A stretch of 64,000 bases of DNA from Christensenellales bacterium (GCA_050948665.1 JBMNEH010000001.1:1298650-1362649); one strand, 5' to 3'. Counted from the stretch's first letter, positions 43,521-51,774 are shown. The notes: generated by a model from the sequence alone, not told the origin. Made by a program: numbers and translations.

Positions 43521-46331
43521 ATGAAGGTTGAATTATTCCCGTTTCAAAAATCGGCACTTGCCAACCTAAGAACGGAGACTGCCGAAGCACTGGGCAGCTA
43601 TCGTCGCACCCATACTCCTCAAATCGTGTCTTATACTGCGCCCACAGGTGCAGGAAAAACAATCGTTATGTCGGCCTTGATTGAAAGCATCTTTTTCGGG
43701 GATGAAGTATATCCAGACCAGCTCGACGCCATCTTCGTATGGCTCTCAGACTCGCCGGAGTTGAATCAGCAGTCTAAGGATAAAATCGACATGAAGGCTG
43801 ATAAAATCCGTCTTGACCAGTGTGTCACCATCGCCGATGATTCCTTCGATCAGGAAACGTTCGACGACGGAAATATCTATTTTTTGAATACACAGAAGCT
43901 CGGACGCAGCAGCAATCTGACAAAGCATGGAGATAGTAGGACATACACCATCTGGGAAACGCTGAGCAACACCGTTCGCGAAAAATCCGATCGGCTCTAC
44001 TTCATCATCGATGAAGCGCACAGAGGAATGCAAGGGCGCGATGCTGCCCGTGCGACGACGATCATGCAAAAGTTCCTCAAAGGTAGTCCGGAGGACGGCC
44101 TGCCAGCCATGCCAGTTGTTATTGGTATGACTGCGACATCAGAACGCTTTAATAGCCTTGCGGCAGGCATCCTGTCTACTACGCACCATGTAGTTACGAT
44201 GCCAGACGAAGTTCGTGCTTCCGGACTATTAAAAGAGAGAATTGTCATTACCTACCCGGATACCATTAATAACGATATGGCTGTGCTGCAGGCTGCGGCA
44301 GACGACTGGAAACAGAAATGGGAGCACTGGACGCAGTATTGCTTCGAGCAGCACTATGCCTATGTGAATCCGATTTTTATCATTCAGGTTCAGAATGGGA
44401 ACAGCCATCAGATTTCCGCTACAGATCTGGATGACTGTCTGCAAAAGATCGAGGAACGTACCGGTGAGCGCTTTCAGTATGGAGAGGTCGTCCATACCTT
44501 TGGACAAACCAATGCCACGCTTGTGATGAATGGTTTGGATGTTCCATATTGCGAACCATCCCGCATTGCAGAAAACAGAAAAATCAAAGTAGTATTCTTC
44601 AAGGAAAATCTCTCCACTGGCTGGGACTGCCCTCGCGCTGAGACGATGATGTCTTTTCGCCACGCCAACGACGCAACCTATATAGCGCAGCTCCTTGGGC
44701 GTATGGTAAGAACGCCGATGCAGATGCATATCATGGTCGACGATGTTTTGAATGATGTCCATTTGTTTTTGCCGTACTTCAACGCCGAAACCGTAAAAGA
44801 GGTGGCCGATGCTCTGCAAAGCAGTGAGGGCGGCAATATTCCTACGGATGTATATGGTGAAGCGTTCGGAGAGAAAACCTTTGACACCCTCACTGTGAGG
44901 CCAAGACGCACCCCTCAGGTTAATACCACACCACGCCAGACTCAGCAAGTGACGGGACAGCTTAGCACTACAGATATTAAACGGTCTACTGATGATGGTA
45001 TTCAGCCCTTGGGAACGAATACTGCTGAAACGCACATTACAGCTTCAATGCAGTTAGATTCAGGTGATAACACCATATCAGTGCAGGCGCCTGAGACACA
45101 AGATGATGTGCAAACTTTTGCCGGTACAAATCAGCCTGCCACACCTTCTATAGCCGTAGTAGAGGTAGGACCAGAAGCTGAACCAACGTTTGACCGCGAG
45201 GAGGTAATGAAAGCAATCAATGATGCTGGTCTATTGACATATGATGTCAGAAGTGTGCGCATTAACAATTACCTTCATTCCTTGTTTGCGCTGGCGCACT
45301 TGTTTAGCCAATCGCAAATCTATGCTGATGCTTACGATGAAGTCGTGACCGATATTGTTGGTATGATTCATGACCACATAGAGACTCTAAAAGCAAACGG
45401 TAAGTACTCTGAATTGGCTAAAAAGGTGATGCAGTTTAGGCTGAACACGCAAGTGTTTGATGTTTTTGGTGAAAGCGTTGATAATAACGCCATTCATGAC
45501 CTGTTCTCTGCCACAGATACCGATTTGGATAGGCAGTTCAGACTTGCCGAAACCAAACTTGATAATGAAGGCGTCGGAATCGCATATGGTCGTAAGTACG
45601 CGGAAGAAGGCAATTCAAACGCCTATAAAATCGATGTGATTGTTTATGCGGCTGACAGTGAGTGTATTGCGGCGCTCAATTCATATGCAAAAGATCACTT
45701 CCATCAGTTGAACGACAAATACCGTCGCCGCACAACGTCGCTTTCCACTCGATTCAAGAAAAAATACAATGATATTGTTTCTGACGGCGATCTCGTCAGC
45801 GAACACAATTTCACGTTGCCTGAAACCATATTAAGCGAACGTAATGCAGGAGGCCGTGTTTATTCTAACCATCTTTTTGTCGGTGATACAGGCACAGCTA
45901 CGATAGCATTAAATACTTGGGAAGAAGGCGTTCTAGATGAAGAGTCTGCCCAACCAGACTTCGTCTGCTGGCTTCGAAACCCGCCCAGGAAACCATGGTC
46001 ACTGTGTATCCCGTATGAAAAAGACGGAGTCAAGAGGCCTACATATCCAGATTTCATTGTTATCCGGAAAGATTCAAGTGCTGGGTATATCATCGATATT
46101 CTCGAACCTCATGATCCCTCAAGAACGGACAACCTTGGAAAGGCTAAAGGCTTTGCTGAATATGCGCGTCAAAATCCCGGTGTAGGACGCATTCAGCTAA
46201 TCCGCATGGGGAATCAAGGCCGTTTCAAACGTCTTGATATGTCAATGGGCGCTATCCGAAACAAGGTGATGCAGGCGATCAATGATGACGAACTTACGCA
46301 CATTTTCGATACGGACGGGTTTTATATGTGA
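43521..46331 (+). CDS. res: Type III-like restriction subunit (SF2 helicase + C-terminal nuclease-like region)
   Basis: 936 aa. Motif I TAPTGAGKT. Motif II FIIDEAHRG. MTATSERF. QLLGRMVRT. C-terminal YPDFIVI...IIDILEPHD (PD..ExK-like, with H in place of K). Confidence 0.75.
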   Translation: MKVELFPFQKSALANLRTETAEALGSYRRTHTPQIVSYTAPTGAGKTIVMSALIESIFFGDEVYPDQLDAIFVWLSDSPELNQQSKDKIDMKADKIRLDQCVTIADDSFDQETFDDGNIYFLNTQKLGRSSNLTKHGDSRTYTIWETLSNTVREKSDRLYFIIDEAHRGMQGRDAARATTIMQKFLKGSPEDGLPAMPVVIGMTATSERFNSLAAGILSTTHHVVTMPDEVRASGLLKERIVITYPDTINNDMAVLQAAADDWKQKWEHWTQYCFEQHYAYVNPIFIIQVQNGNSHQISATDLDDCLQKIEERTGERFQYGEVVHTFGQTNATLVMNGLDVPYCEPSRIAENRKIKVVFFKENLSTGWDCPRAETMMSFRHANDATYIAQLLGRMVRTPMQMHIMVDDVLNDVHLFLPYFNAETVKEVADALQSSEGGNIPTDVYGEAFGEKTFDTLTVRPRRTPQVNTTPRQTQQVTGQLSTTDIKRSTDDGIQPLGTNTAETHITASMQLDSGDNTISVQAPETQDDVQTFAGTNQPATPSIAVVEVGPEAEPTFDREEVMKAINDAGLLTYDVRSVRINNYLHSLFALAHLFSQSQIYADAYDEVVTDIVGMIHDHIETLKANGKYSELAKKVMQFRLNTQVFDVFGESVDNNAIHDLFSATDTDLDRQFRLAETKLDNEGVGIAYGRKYAEEGNSNAYKIDVIVYAADSECIAALNSYAKDHFHQLNDKYRRRTTSLSTRFKKKYNDIVSDGDLVSEHNFTLPETILSERNAGGRVYSNHLFVGDTGTATIALNTWEEGVLDEESAQPDFVCWLRNPPRKPWSLCIPYEKDGVKRPTYPDFIVIRKDSSAGYIIDILEPHDPSRTDNLGKAKGFAEYARQNPGVGRIQLIRMGNQGRFKRLDMSMGAIRNKVMQAINDDELTHIFDTDGFYM

Positions 46332-46404
46332 ATAACTAATGGTGGTTGAGATCAAAGAAAATCTCCCCGGCCGCTGAGCAGCAGCCGGAGAGCAAGAGAT
46401 TGTA

Positions 46405-46908
46405 TCAGAAGATGTCTTGGTATTCGTCGTGAAGCAAGGCTTCGGCCTTCTTGATCCGAGAAAGAAAGGTTGTGCGGGGAACGCCGATGATATCTGCAAT
46501 GGCGCTGTCAGAGTAACCGGCAAGGCGGAGCTCGCCTATGCGGCGGGCGTCCGGCATCAGCTTGTCCAACCGCTTGAGAAGCTGTTCAAAGATGACGCGG
46601 TCGGTTACGATAGACTCAATGTCGGCAGACTCATCAGGCCTGATATCGCCGAGCACCTCTTGCTCGTAGTCGAGTGAAAGGCTGTCTCCGGCGGTGCAGT
46701 ATTTGCAGATCGCACAGTCTCCCTCGCAGAGCCACCAGCGGTTTCCGGGGCGAGAGCAACGCTGGTGCCGGTGGGCCTTTCGGAAGGTGCTCCAGATGGG
46801 TTGGTAGTAGGCTTGGTACACCTTTTTGGTCACTGGGATACGCTGCTTAGTGCTTGAGACGTAGATGGAGTACTCTCGGGTTTGCTGCGGATTTTCTTTC
46901 GTAGACAC
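46405..46908 (-). CDS. sigma-70-family-like protein (region 4 HTH) with Cys-rich N-terminal half
   Basis: 167 aa, GTG start after AGGAGG. LAGYSDSAIADIIGVPRTTFLSRIKKAEALL. N-terminal YQAYYQPIW...CEGDCAICKYC. This type is common on Clostridial MGEs (from memory). Confidence 0.6.
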   Translation of the reverse strand: MSTKENPQQTREYSIYVSSTKQRIPVTKKVYQAYYQPIWSTFRKAHRHQRCSRPGNRWWLCEGDCAICKYCTAGDSLSLDYEQEVLGDIRPDESADIESIVTDRVIFEQLLKRLDKLMPDARRIGELRLAGYSDSAIADIIGVPRTTFLSRIKKAEALLHDEYQDIF

Positions 46909-46936
46909 GGTTTTTCCTCCTGCGATTTTCGTTGAG

Positions 46937-47043
46937 GATCACAGGAAGAAAAAAAGCCCCTGTGATCGCTCACAGGAACATCCAATAGTTAGCAAAATTA
47001 TCGTGCTATGGTTAGCAGCGATAGTAGCGATAGCAACGATATT
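46937..47043. promoter_or_regulatory. repeat-rich divergent control region
   Basis: 9-bp perfect inverted repeat GATCACAGG (46937..46945) / CCTGTGATC (46959..46967). Tandem AGCGATAGT AGCGATAGC AACGATATT (47017..47043) lies just upstream of the SD of the gene starting at 47065. Confidence 0.5.
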
Positions 47044-47064
47044 AGTTTTTGAGGAGGAGAGCGG

Positions 47065-47937
47065 ATGCCCAGTTTAGGTAAGCCATATTTATGTGGTGGA
47101 GTCTTTTTGACCCAGCTAATGCAGGCACGCAAGCCGAGAGCCGGTGTGCGTGAACGTTACGCTGGCAACAGCGATGGCCTTTCTGACCCTGAAACTATGC
47201 TGGCATTCGTTAAGGTGATGTGCCCTGACTTCACTGTGCCAGCCGGAAAGACATTCAAGGAGAATACCTCTTCCTATAAGAACTGCCGAAAGAACAGTGG
47301 TACTTATTTACCCTTTGCCGTCACTTCAGCAGAGGTGCGAACTTTTGATGAGTGCGTTCGCAGCGATTACGCGACGGCATTGACGCGCATGGTTTCATTC
47401 ACCGATGATTTTCTTGAGGTTGGAAAAAGCGCAAAAAAAGACGAGCACTTGGTTAAGGCGCTCGTTGAGATAATCAGGGACGATGAAAATATTCCAGCGA
47501 CTGCCGTGTTCTACATAAACGAGGACGGCTCACCCTCAACGAAGGCACAGCTTTTGACGATCACAGCGGTTTGCTTTCAGGCGTTTCTTGTCGGGGTCTG
47601 GCATCACGTTATGATGAACCGGCCGGACAACACCCTCGGTCGCAGCACCATTACTGATTGGACGCCAACATATTCCGGGACACACATAGAGCAGGTTTAT
47701 TCTGTCGCTTCCTCGAATACAACGGAGGAACCCGACGAACCTACTCGTTTTGAAGATGATGCCGCACCGACGCTCGAAGCCGAAATCGTCGATGAAGTCC
47801 CAGCCGGTGAAGAGGAACCCCGCTCCGAGCAGACAGGACAAGCTCTAAAAGCCACAAAGCAGGTTATCATGAATAATTACGGTAAGGGCGTACAGATCGA
47901 AGAGCTAAACGGCACGCTGACGATCAACATCAATTGA
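47065..47937 (+). CDS. uncharacterised protein P1 (290 aa) with acidic linker and C-terminal NNYGKGVQ motif
   Basis: GAGGAGGAG SD. No domain recognised. C-terminus ...EEPDEPTRFEDD...QVIMNNYGKGVQIEELNGTLTININ. Confidence 0.7.
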   Translation: MPSLGKPYLCGGVFLTQLMQARKPRAGVRERYAGNSDGLSDPETMLAFVKVMCPDFTVPAGKTFKENTSSYKNCRKNSGTYLPFAVTSAEVRTFDECVRSDYATALTRMVSFTDDFLEVGKSAKKDEHLVKALVEIIRDDENIPATAVFYINEDGSPSTKAQLLTITAVCFQAFLVGVWHHVMMNRPDNTLGRSTITDWTPTYSGTHIEQVYSVASSNTTEEPDEPTRFEDDAAPTLEAEIVDEVPAGEEEPRSEQTGQALKATKQVIMNNYGKGVQIEELNGTLTININ

Positions 47938-47947
47938 GGGAGTGCGT

Positions 47948-48538
47948 ATGGAGGACAAACTAAAAACCACAGCGGGTGATATTCAGCCAGCCGCACCGGA
48001 ATTGACTACATATAACAATTATGGGAAAGGTGTTCAGGTTGGTCACGCCGATACCTTTTCTCCAACGATAAACTTGATTGTAACCGGGGCAAACGGACAG
48101 CAGAGTCCAGCCAACGTTGATTACTATAATCTGTTTGTCGGCTTTGATCCGTTTAGTTCCGACCACTTTCTAATGCCGAAAGACCGTGTTTTAACCGAAT
48201 ATATTACAGACGAGCTTCGCAGTCGTTTCGGTGGTCTGGACGACAGTGCGATTGCGGAGATAAAAAGGTTACCGTCGATCATTGTCGAGGAATACAACAA
48301 AGGCTCTGCAGACGACAAAAACGCCGTATTTGCCTTCGTTACGGAGATTCGCAAGCAGCAAAACGGCGTGATGGTTTACTTTCAGCGATTCTTTCCCATT
48401 CCTGTCACGGTGCTGGTAGAGAACGAGTACGCGCTTGGTACTGCGAACGGATTTGAATCGTTTAGAACGCATTGGACGATAAAGAATATCAACCTATTAC
48501 AGGTGTTACAGGATGCGGGCATCAAGATGTGGGGGTGA
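47948..48538 (+). CDS. uncharacterised protein P2 (196 aa), N-terminal NNYGKGVQ motif, paralog of P3
   Basis: ATG at 47948 after GAGGGAG (the track start at 47942 is GTG). TTYNNYGKGVQVGHADTFSPTINLIV. C-terminal RTHWTIKNINLLQVLQDAGI. Confidence 0.7.
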   Translation: MEDKLKTTAGDIQPAAPELTTYNNYGKGVQVGHADTFSPTINLIVTGANGQQSPANVDYYNLFVGFDPFSSDHFLMPKDRVLTEYITDELRSRFGGLDDSAIAEIKRLPSIIVEEYNKGSADDKNAVFAFVTEIRKQQNGVMVYFQRFFPIPVTVLVENEYALGTANGFESFRTHWTIKNINLLQVLQDAGIKMWG

Positions 48539-48542
48539 GGAA

Positions 48543-49220
48543 ATGACAGATAAAAACGAAATTGCATCGGTTGCCCCACCGCCTACCGTAGTGTCTTTTC
48601 CGAACGCTGCGCAGGGCATGATCAATACAGGTTCTGGCGTTCAAATTGGCACAAACGCCGGAACGGTAAACTTGAGCTTTAATTGTTCTTCGCCCGAGCT
48701 GCTGCAGGGTATGATTGCGATGTTCTCGGCACAGACAATGCCGCAAAAAGCAAGTTATGCGTTGGAATGGGCTTCACTGAGTACGAAGAGCTATTGCCTT
48801 TTTGTTCTGGAGAACGAGGAATACAACTGCGGTGCTTTTTCCATCGCCAAAAGTCGCGCTCTGCGGAATTATACACCTTCGGGATATAAAGAACGGTACA
48901 TCACGCTCAATCCCGCCTCTGTTGCGGAGCTGACAAGTATGCCGTGTATCTTCGCAAAGCGGAATATGCACTATGGTTCTACAGAAGCAAGTCATCCGGC
49001 TCTTCTTGGTCGCATAACGGATATACGAGCGCAGAGAGAAACGATCAAGATATGCTTCTCTGGCTTTCAAGGAATCCCACAGCAGCTTTTGAATCAAAAC
49101 ATTGGACTCCTTGGCATGGCATTCTCGTCTCTACGCAATGAACTGGACGAGGAACACTGGTCGATAAAGGACTGCAATCTGATCGATGCAATAGCACGGC
49201 TGAATATTGATATCGAATAA
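48543..49220 (+). CDS. uncharacterised protein P3 (225 aa), N-terminal related motif, paralog of P2
   Basis: ATG at 48543 after GGTGAGG, 4 nt after the P2 stop. GMINTGSGVQIGTNAGTVNLSFN. C-terminal EEHWSIKDCNLIDAIARLNI. Confidence 0.7.
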   Translation: MTDKNEIASVAPPPTVVSFPNAAQGMINTGSGVQIGTNAGTVNLSFNCSSPELLQGMIAMFSAQTMPQKASYALEWASLSTKSYCLFVLENEEYNCGAFSIAKSRALRNYTPSGYKERYITLNPASVAELTSMPCIFAKRNMHYGSTEASHPALLGRITDIRAQRETIKICFSGFQGIPQQLLNQNIGLLGMAFSSLRNELDEEHWSIKDCNLIDAIARLNIDIE

Positions 49221-49247
49221 AGCCGCCGCACGGAAAGGAGAGCGCAC

Positions 49248-51521
49248 ATGGAAAAAAGGATAAAGACAGCTATTCAAAAGATCACGCTAAACGACTATAC
49301 CTTTTCCGGCGTATCGTTTGAGCCGACGCTCATCAATTTTTTCTTCGGCAATAACGGAACCGGTAAATCTACTCTTGCCAAGAAGATAGGCGTTCCAGCG
49401 ACAACAGAATGGGCGCCCGGTGCGACCCCTGCTGATTATGAACTGATGGTCTATAACGAGGAGTTCATCATTGACAATATCCAGAGCTACGGCAATATTC
49501 CCGGCGTTTTCACCATCACCCAGCAGAACGCAGAAATTAAGGGCGAGGTCGATAAGAAAAACTCCACCTTAAGAGACCTTCACGCGAAGATTAAGATTTC
49601 AGGTGAGGTGATCGCCAAAGAGCAGGAAAAACAGAAAAAGGTTGATGGCGCCTACGAAAAAACTGTATGGGATATGACTGAGCCAATCAGAATCCAATAT
49701 AAGGAAGCGCAGGCCGGATATACACGAGACAAGAAGAAGTTCGTAGCTCAATTGGAAAAATACTCACCGATAGATATTGATGACTCGGAACTTGCCCAGT
49801 TATACGCTGTTGCCTATGGTGCATCAGACATGAAATTCTCCGAATACAAATCCATCGATACTTCTGCCATCCCGGCAACACCTATTCTGGAAGAGTCAAT
49901 TGTCGGGAGCAGCGACACCGCCTTTGCGAGTTTCGTCCGTACGCTGAACGCCTCCGGCTGGCTCAGTCAAGGTCATAAGGCGTATCAGCACGAGGCGGGA
50001 AAGAAATGCCCGTATTGCCAGCAGGACTTGCCGGATTCTTTTGAGGCCGACCTTGCCTCCTGCTTTGACGAGCAGTATAAGAAGAGCGTTGCCGAGCTCG
50101 AGCAGTTCGTTGCAGCGTACAGAGCGGCGCTGAATGCTATACACACAATTCTAACTGAAAACAGCAAGAATCTCTTCGCCAGCGATCTGCTTCAAGAGTA
50201 CAAGACGAAAGTCGACCTGTTTATGGAGCGGGCACAGAATAATGTTACTCTGCTGAAACAGAAAACAGACGATCCCGCGACAGCGGTCTCCCTTCCGAAT
50301 TTGACGGATATCCTTCGTGAACTTAACGCTGTTATCGAGCAGATCAACGCCAAAATCAAAGAGTATAACGCTATTATCGATGCAAGGGGCAAGAAGCAGC
50401 AGTATTGCATCGAGCAAGTGTGGCAACTCATGGCGTTTATCTGCCAATCCGAAATCGCAGTTCATAAAAGCGGAAAAGAACGGCACGCCGCCGATATCGA
50501 AAGACTGAGCGGTGATTTTGAGAAAGCGAAGAACGACGCTGATGATCTCCAGCGTGATATCGGACGATTAAACCAGCAGACGGTGAATACGACCGCTGCC
50601 AAGGATAGTATCAACGCGCTCTTAAAGGCCGCCGGGTTTCAGGGCTTTCAGTTGCGAGAAAAGCCCGGCGCTCAATATGTCTATGAATTGATACGGGAAA
50701 CCGATGAAAAAATCGCAAAAGGTCTTAGTGAAGGTGAACGACACTTCATTGCGTTCCTCTATTTCTACCACATGGTCGTCGGTAGCCAGTCCGACGACGG
50801 AAGAACCGTTAACAAGATCGTTGTCATCGACGACCCGGTTTCCAGCATGGACAGCGGAAGTATGTTTACCGTGGCCTCCCTCGTCCGGGATCTGATTGCC
50901 ATCTGTTATAATAATTACAGAATGACGGGACAGGGTAATAAGAACGACCACATCAAGCAGTTCTTCTGTATGACGCACAATCCGTTCTTTTTCAAGGAAG
51001 TTTCTTATAACAGGGTTGCAGAAAACGAATGCGTCGGCATCTACGAGATGAAGAAGAGAAAGAACAACCAGTCATACATTACGGAATGTACACGCCCAGA
51101 TGATCATGTCGGAGGCGGGAAAGTCAACTATTCGCCCGTGAAAAACACCTATGACTCTCTGTGGGAAGAGTATAGGACAGCGACCGACTCAATTGCCCTC
51201 ATCAACGTGACACGGCGCATTCTGGAATACTACTATCTCCAGATATGCGGTTATTCCAGCGGTGATCTGCGAACCGGCCTGTTGGAGAAAAACCATCACT
51301 GCTTTGAGGTGACGCTTCCGGGCGGTTCTCTTGACAAAACCGACTACAATGTGGCGGCAGCCATGATTGCAGTTCTGAACATCGGAGCTCGTGGTTTCAA
51401 TGACGGCTTGTTTTTCGACGCTTCCGCAATCGAGCCTCAGCAGATAAGGATTGTATTTGAGAAGATATTTACGGCGACCGATCAGATACAGCACTACGAT
51501 ATGATGATGAACGTGAGATGA
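49248..51521 (+). CDS. RloC/PrrC-like ABC-type ATPase (AAA_13-like) with coiled-coil insert and putative anticodon-nuclease C-terminus
   Basis: 757 aa. Walker A GNNGTGKST (aa 34-42). CPYC (aa 254-257). ABC signature LSEGE (aa 493-497). Walker B IVVIDDP (aa 524-530). C-terminal RRILE...HH (R656, E660, H683/684). Confidence 0.7.
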   Translation: MEKRIKTAIQKITLNDYTFSGVSFEPTLINFFFGNNGTGKSTLAKKIGVPATTEWAPGATPADYELMVYNEEFIIDNIQSYGNIPGVFTITQQNAEIKGEVDKKNSTLRDLHAKIKISGEVIAKEQEKQKKVDGAYEKTVWDMTEPIRIQYKEAQAGYTRDKKKFVAQLEKYSPIDIDDSELAQLYAVAYGASDMKFSEYKSIDTSAIPATPILEESIVGSSDTAFASFVRTLNASGWLSQGHKAYQHEAGKKCPYCQQDLPDSFEADLASCFDEQYKKSVAELEQFVAAYRAALNAIHTILTENSKNLFASDLLQEYKTKVDLFMERAQNNVTLLKQKTDDPATAVSLPNLTDILRELNAVIEQINAKIKEYNAIIDARGKKQQYCIEQVWQLMAFICQSEIAVHKSGKERHAADIERLSGDFEKAKNDADDLQRDIGRLNQQTVNTTAAKDSINALLKAAGFQGFQLREKPGAQYVYELIRETDEKIAKGLSEGERHFIAFLYFYHMVVGSQSDDGRTVNKIVVIDDPVSSMDSGSMFTVASLVRDLIAICYNNYRMTGQGNKNDHIKQFFCMTHNPFFFKEVSYNRVAENECVGIYEMKKRKNNQSYITECTRPDDHVGGGKVNYSPVKNTYDSLWEEYRTATDSIALINVTRRILEYYYLQICGYSSGDLRTGLLEKNHHCFEVTLPGGSLDKTDYNVAAAMIAVLNIGARGFNDGLFFDASAIEPQQIRIVFEKIFTATDQIQHYDMMMNVR

Positions 51522-51681
51522 CAGTATGCAGTCTATACCCTCGACAAGGAGAAAAGGCTATTGTGAGGTGACGATATCGCAACGCCTGCGTTCCCCGGAT
51601 TTATTGTTGCCCGTGCGTGTCACGGACCTTTCCATGCTTGTTCGTTCCTCCATTATCCGACAGTTACAAGTAATCTGATGG

Positions 51682-51710
51682 TTGAAATAGACTTAATAAA
51701 TTGCTATAAT
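51682..51710 (+). promoter_or_regulatory. strong sigma-A type promoter of the adhesin gene
   Basis: TTGAAA (51682..51687), 17-nt spacer, TG-extended TATAAT (51705..51710). Confidence 0.7.
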
Positions 51711-51774
51711 AAATAATAAATTGATTGATTATTTTTACCCAAAAACGGGATTTAACAGAAAAGAGGATGCGATC

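Noticed and set aside
44229-45035. 268-aa minus-strand ORF
   Set aside because: It is antisense to the res helicase core, which carries clear SF2 motifs on the plus strand.
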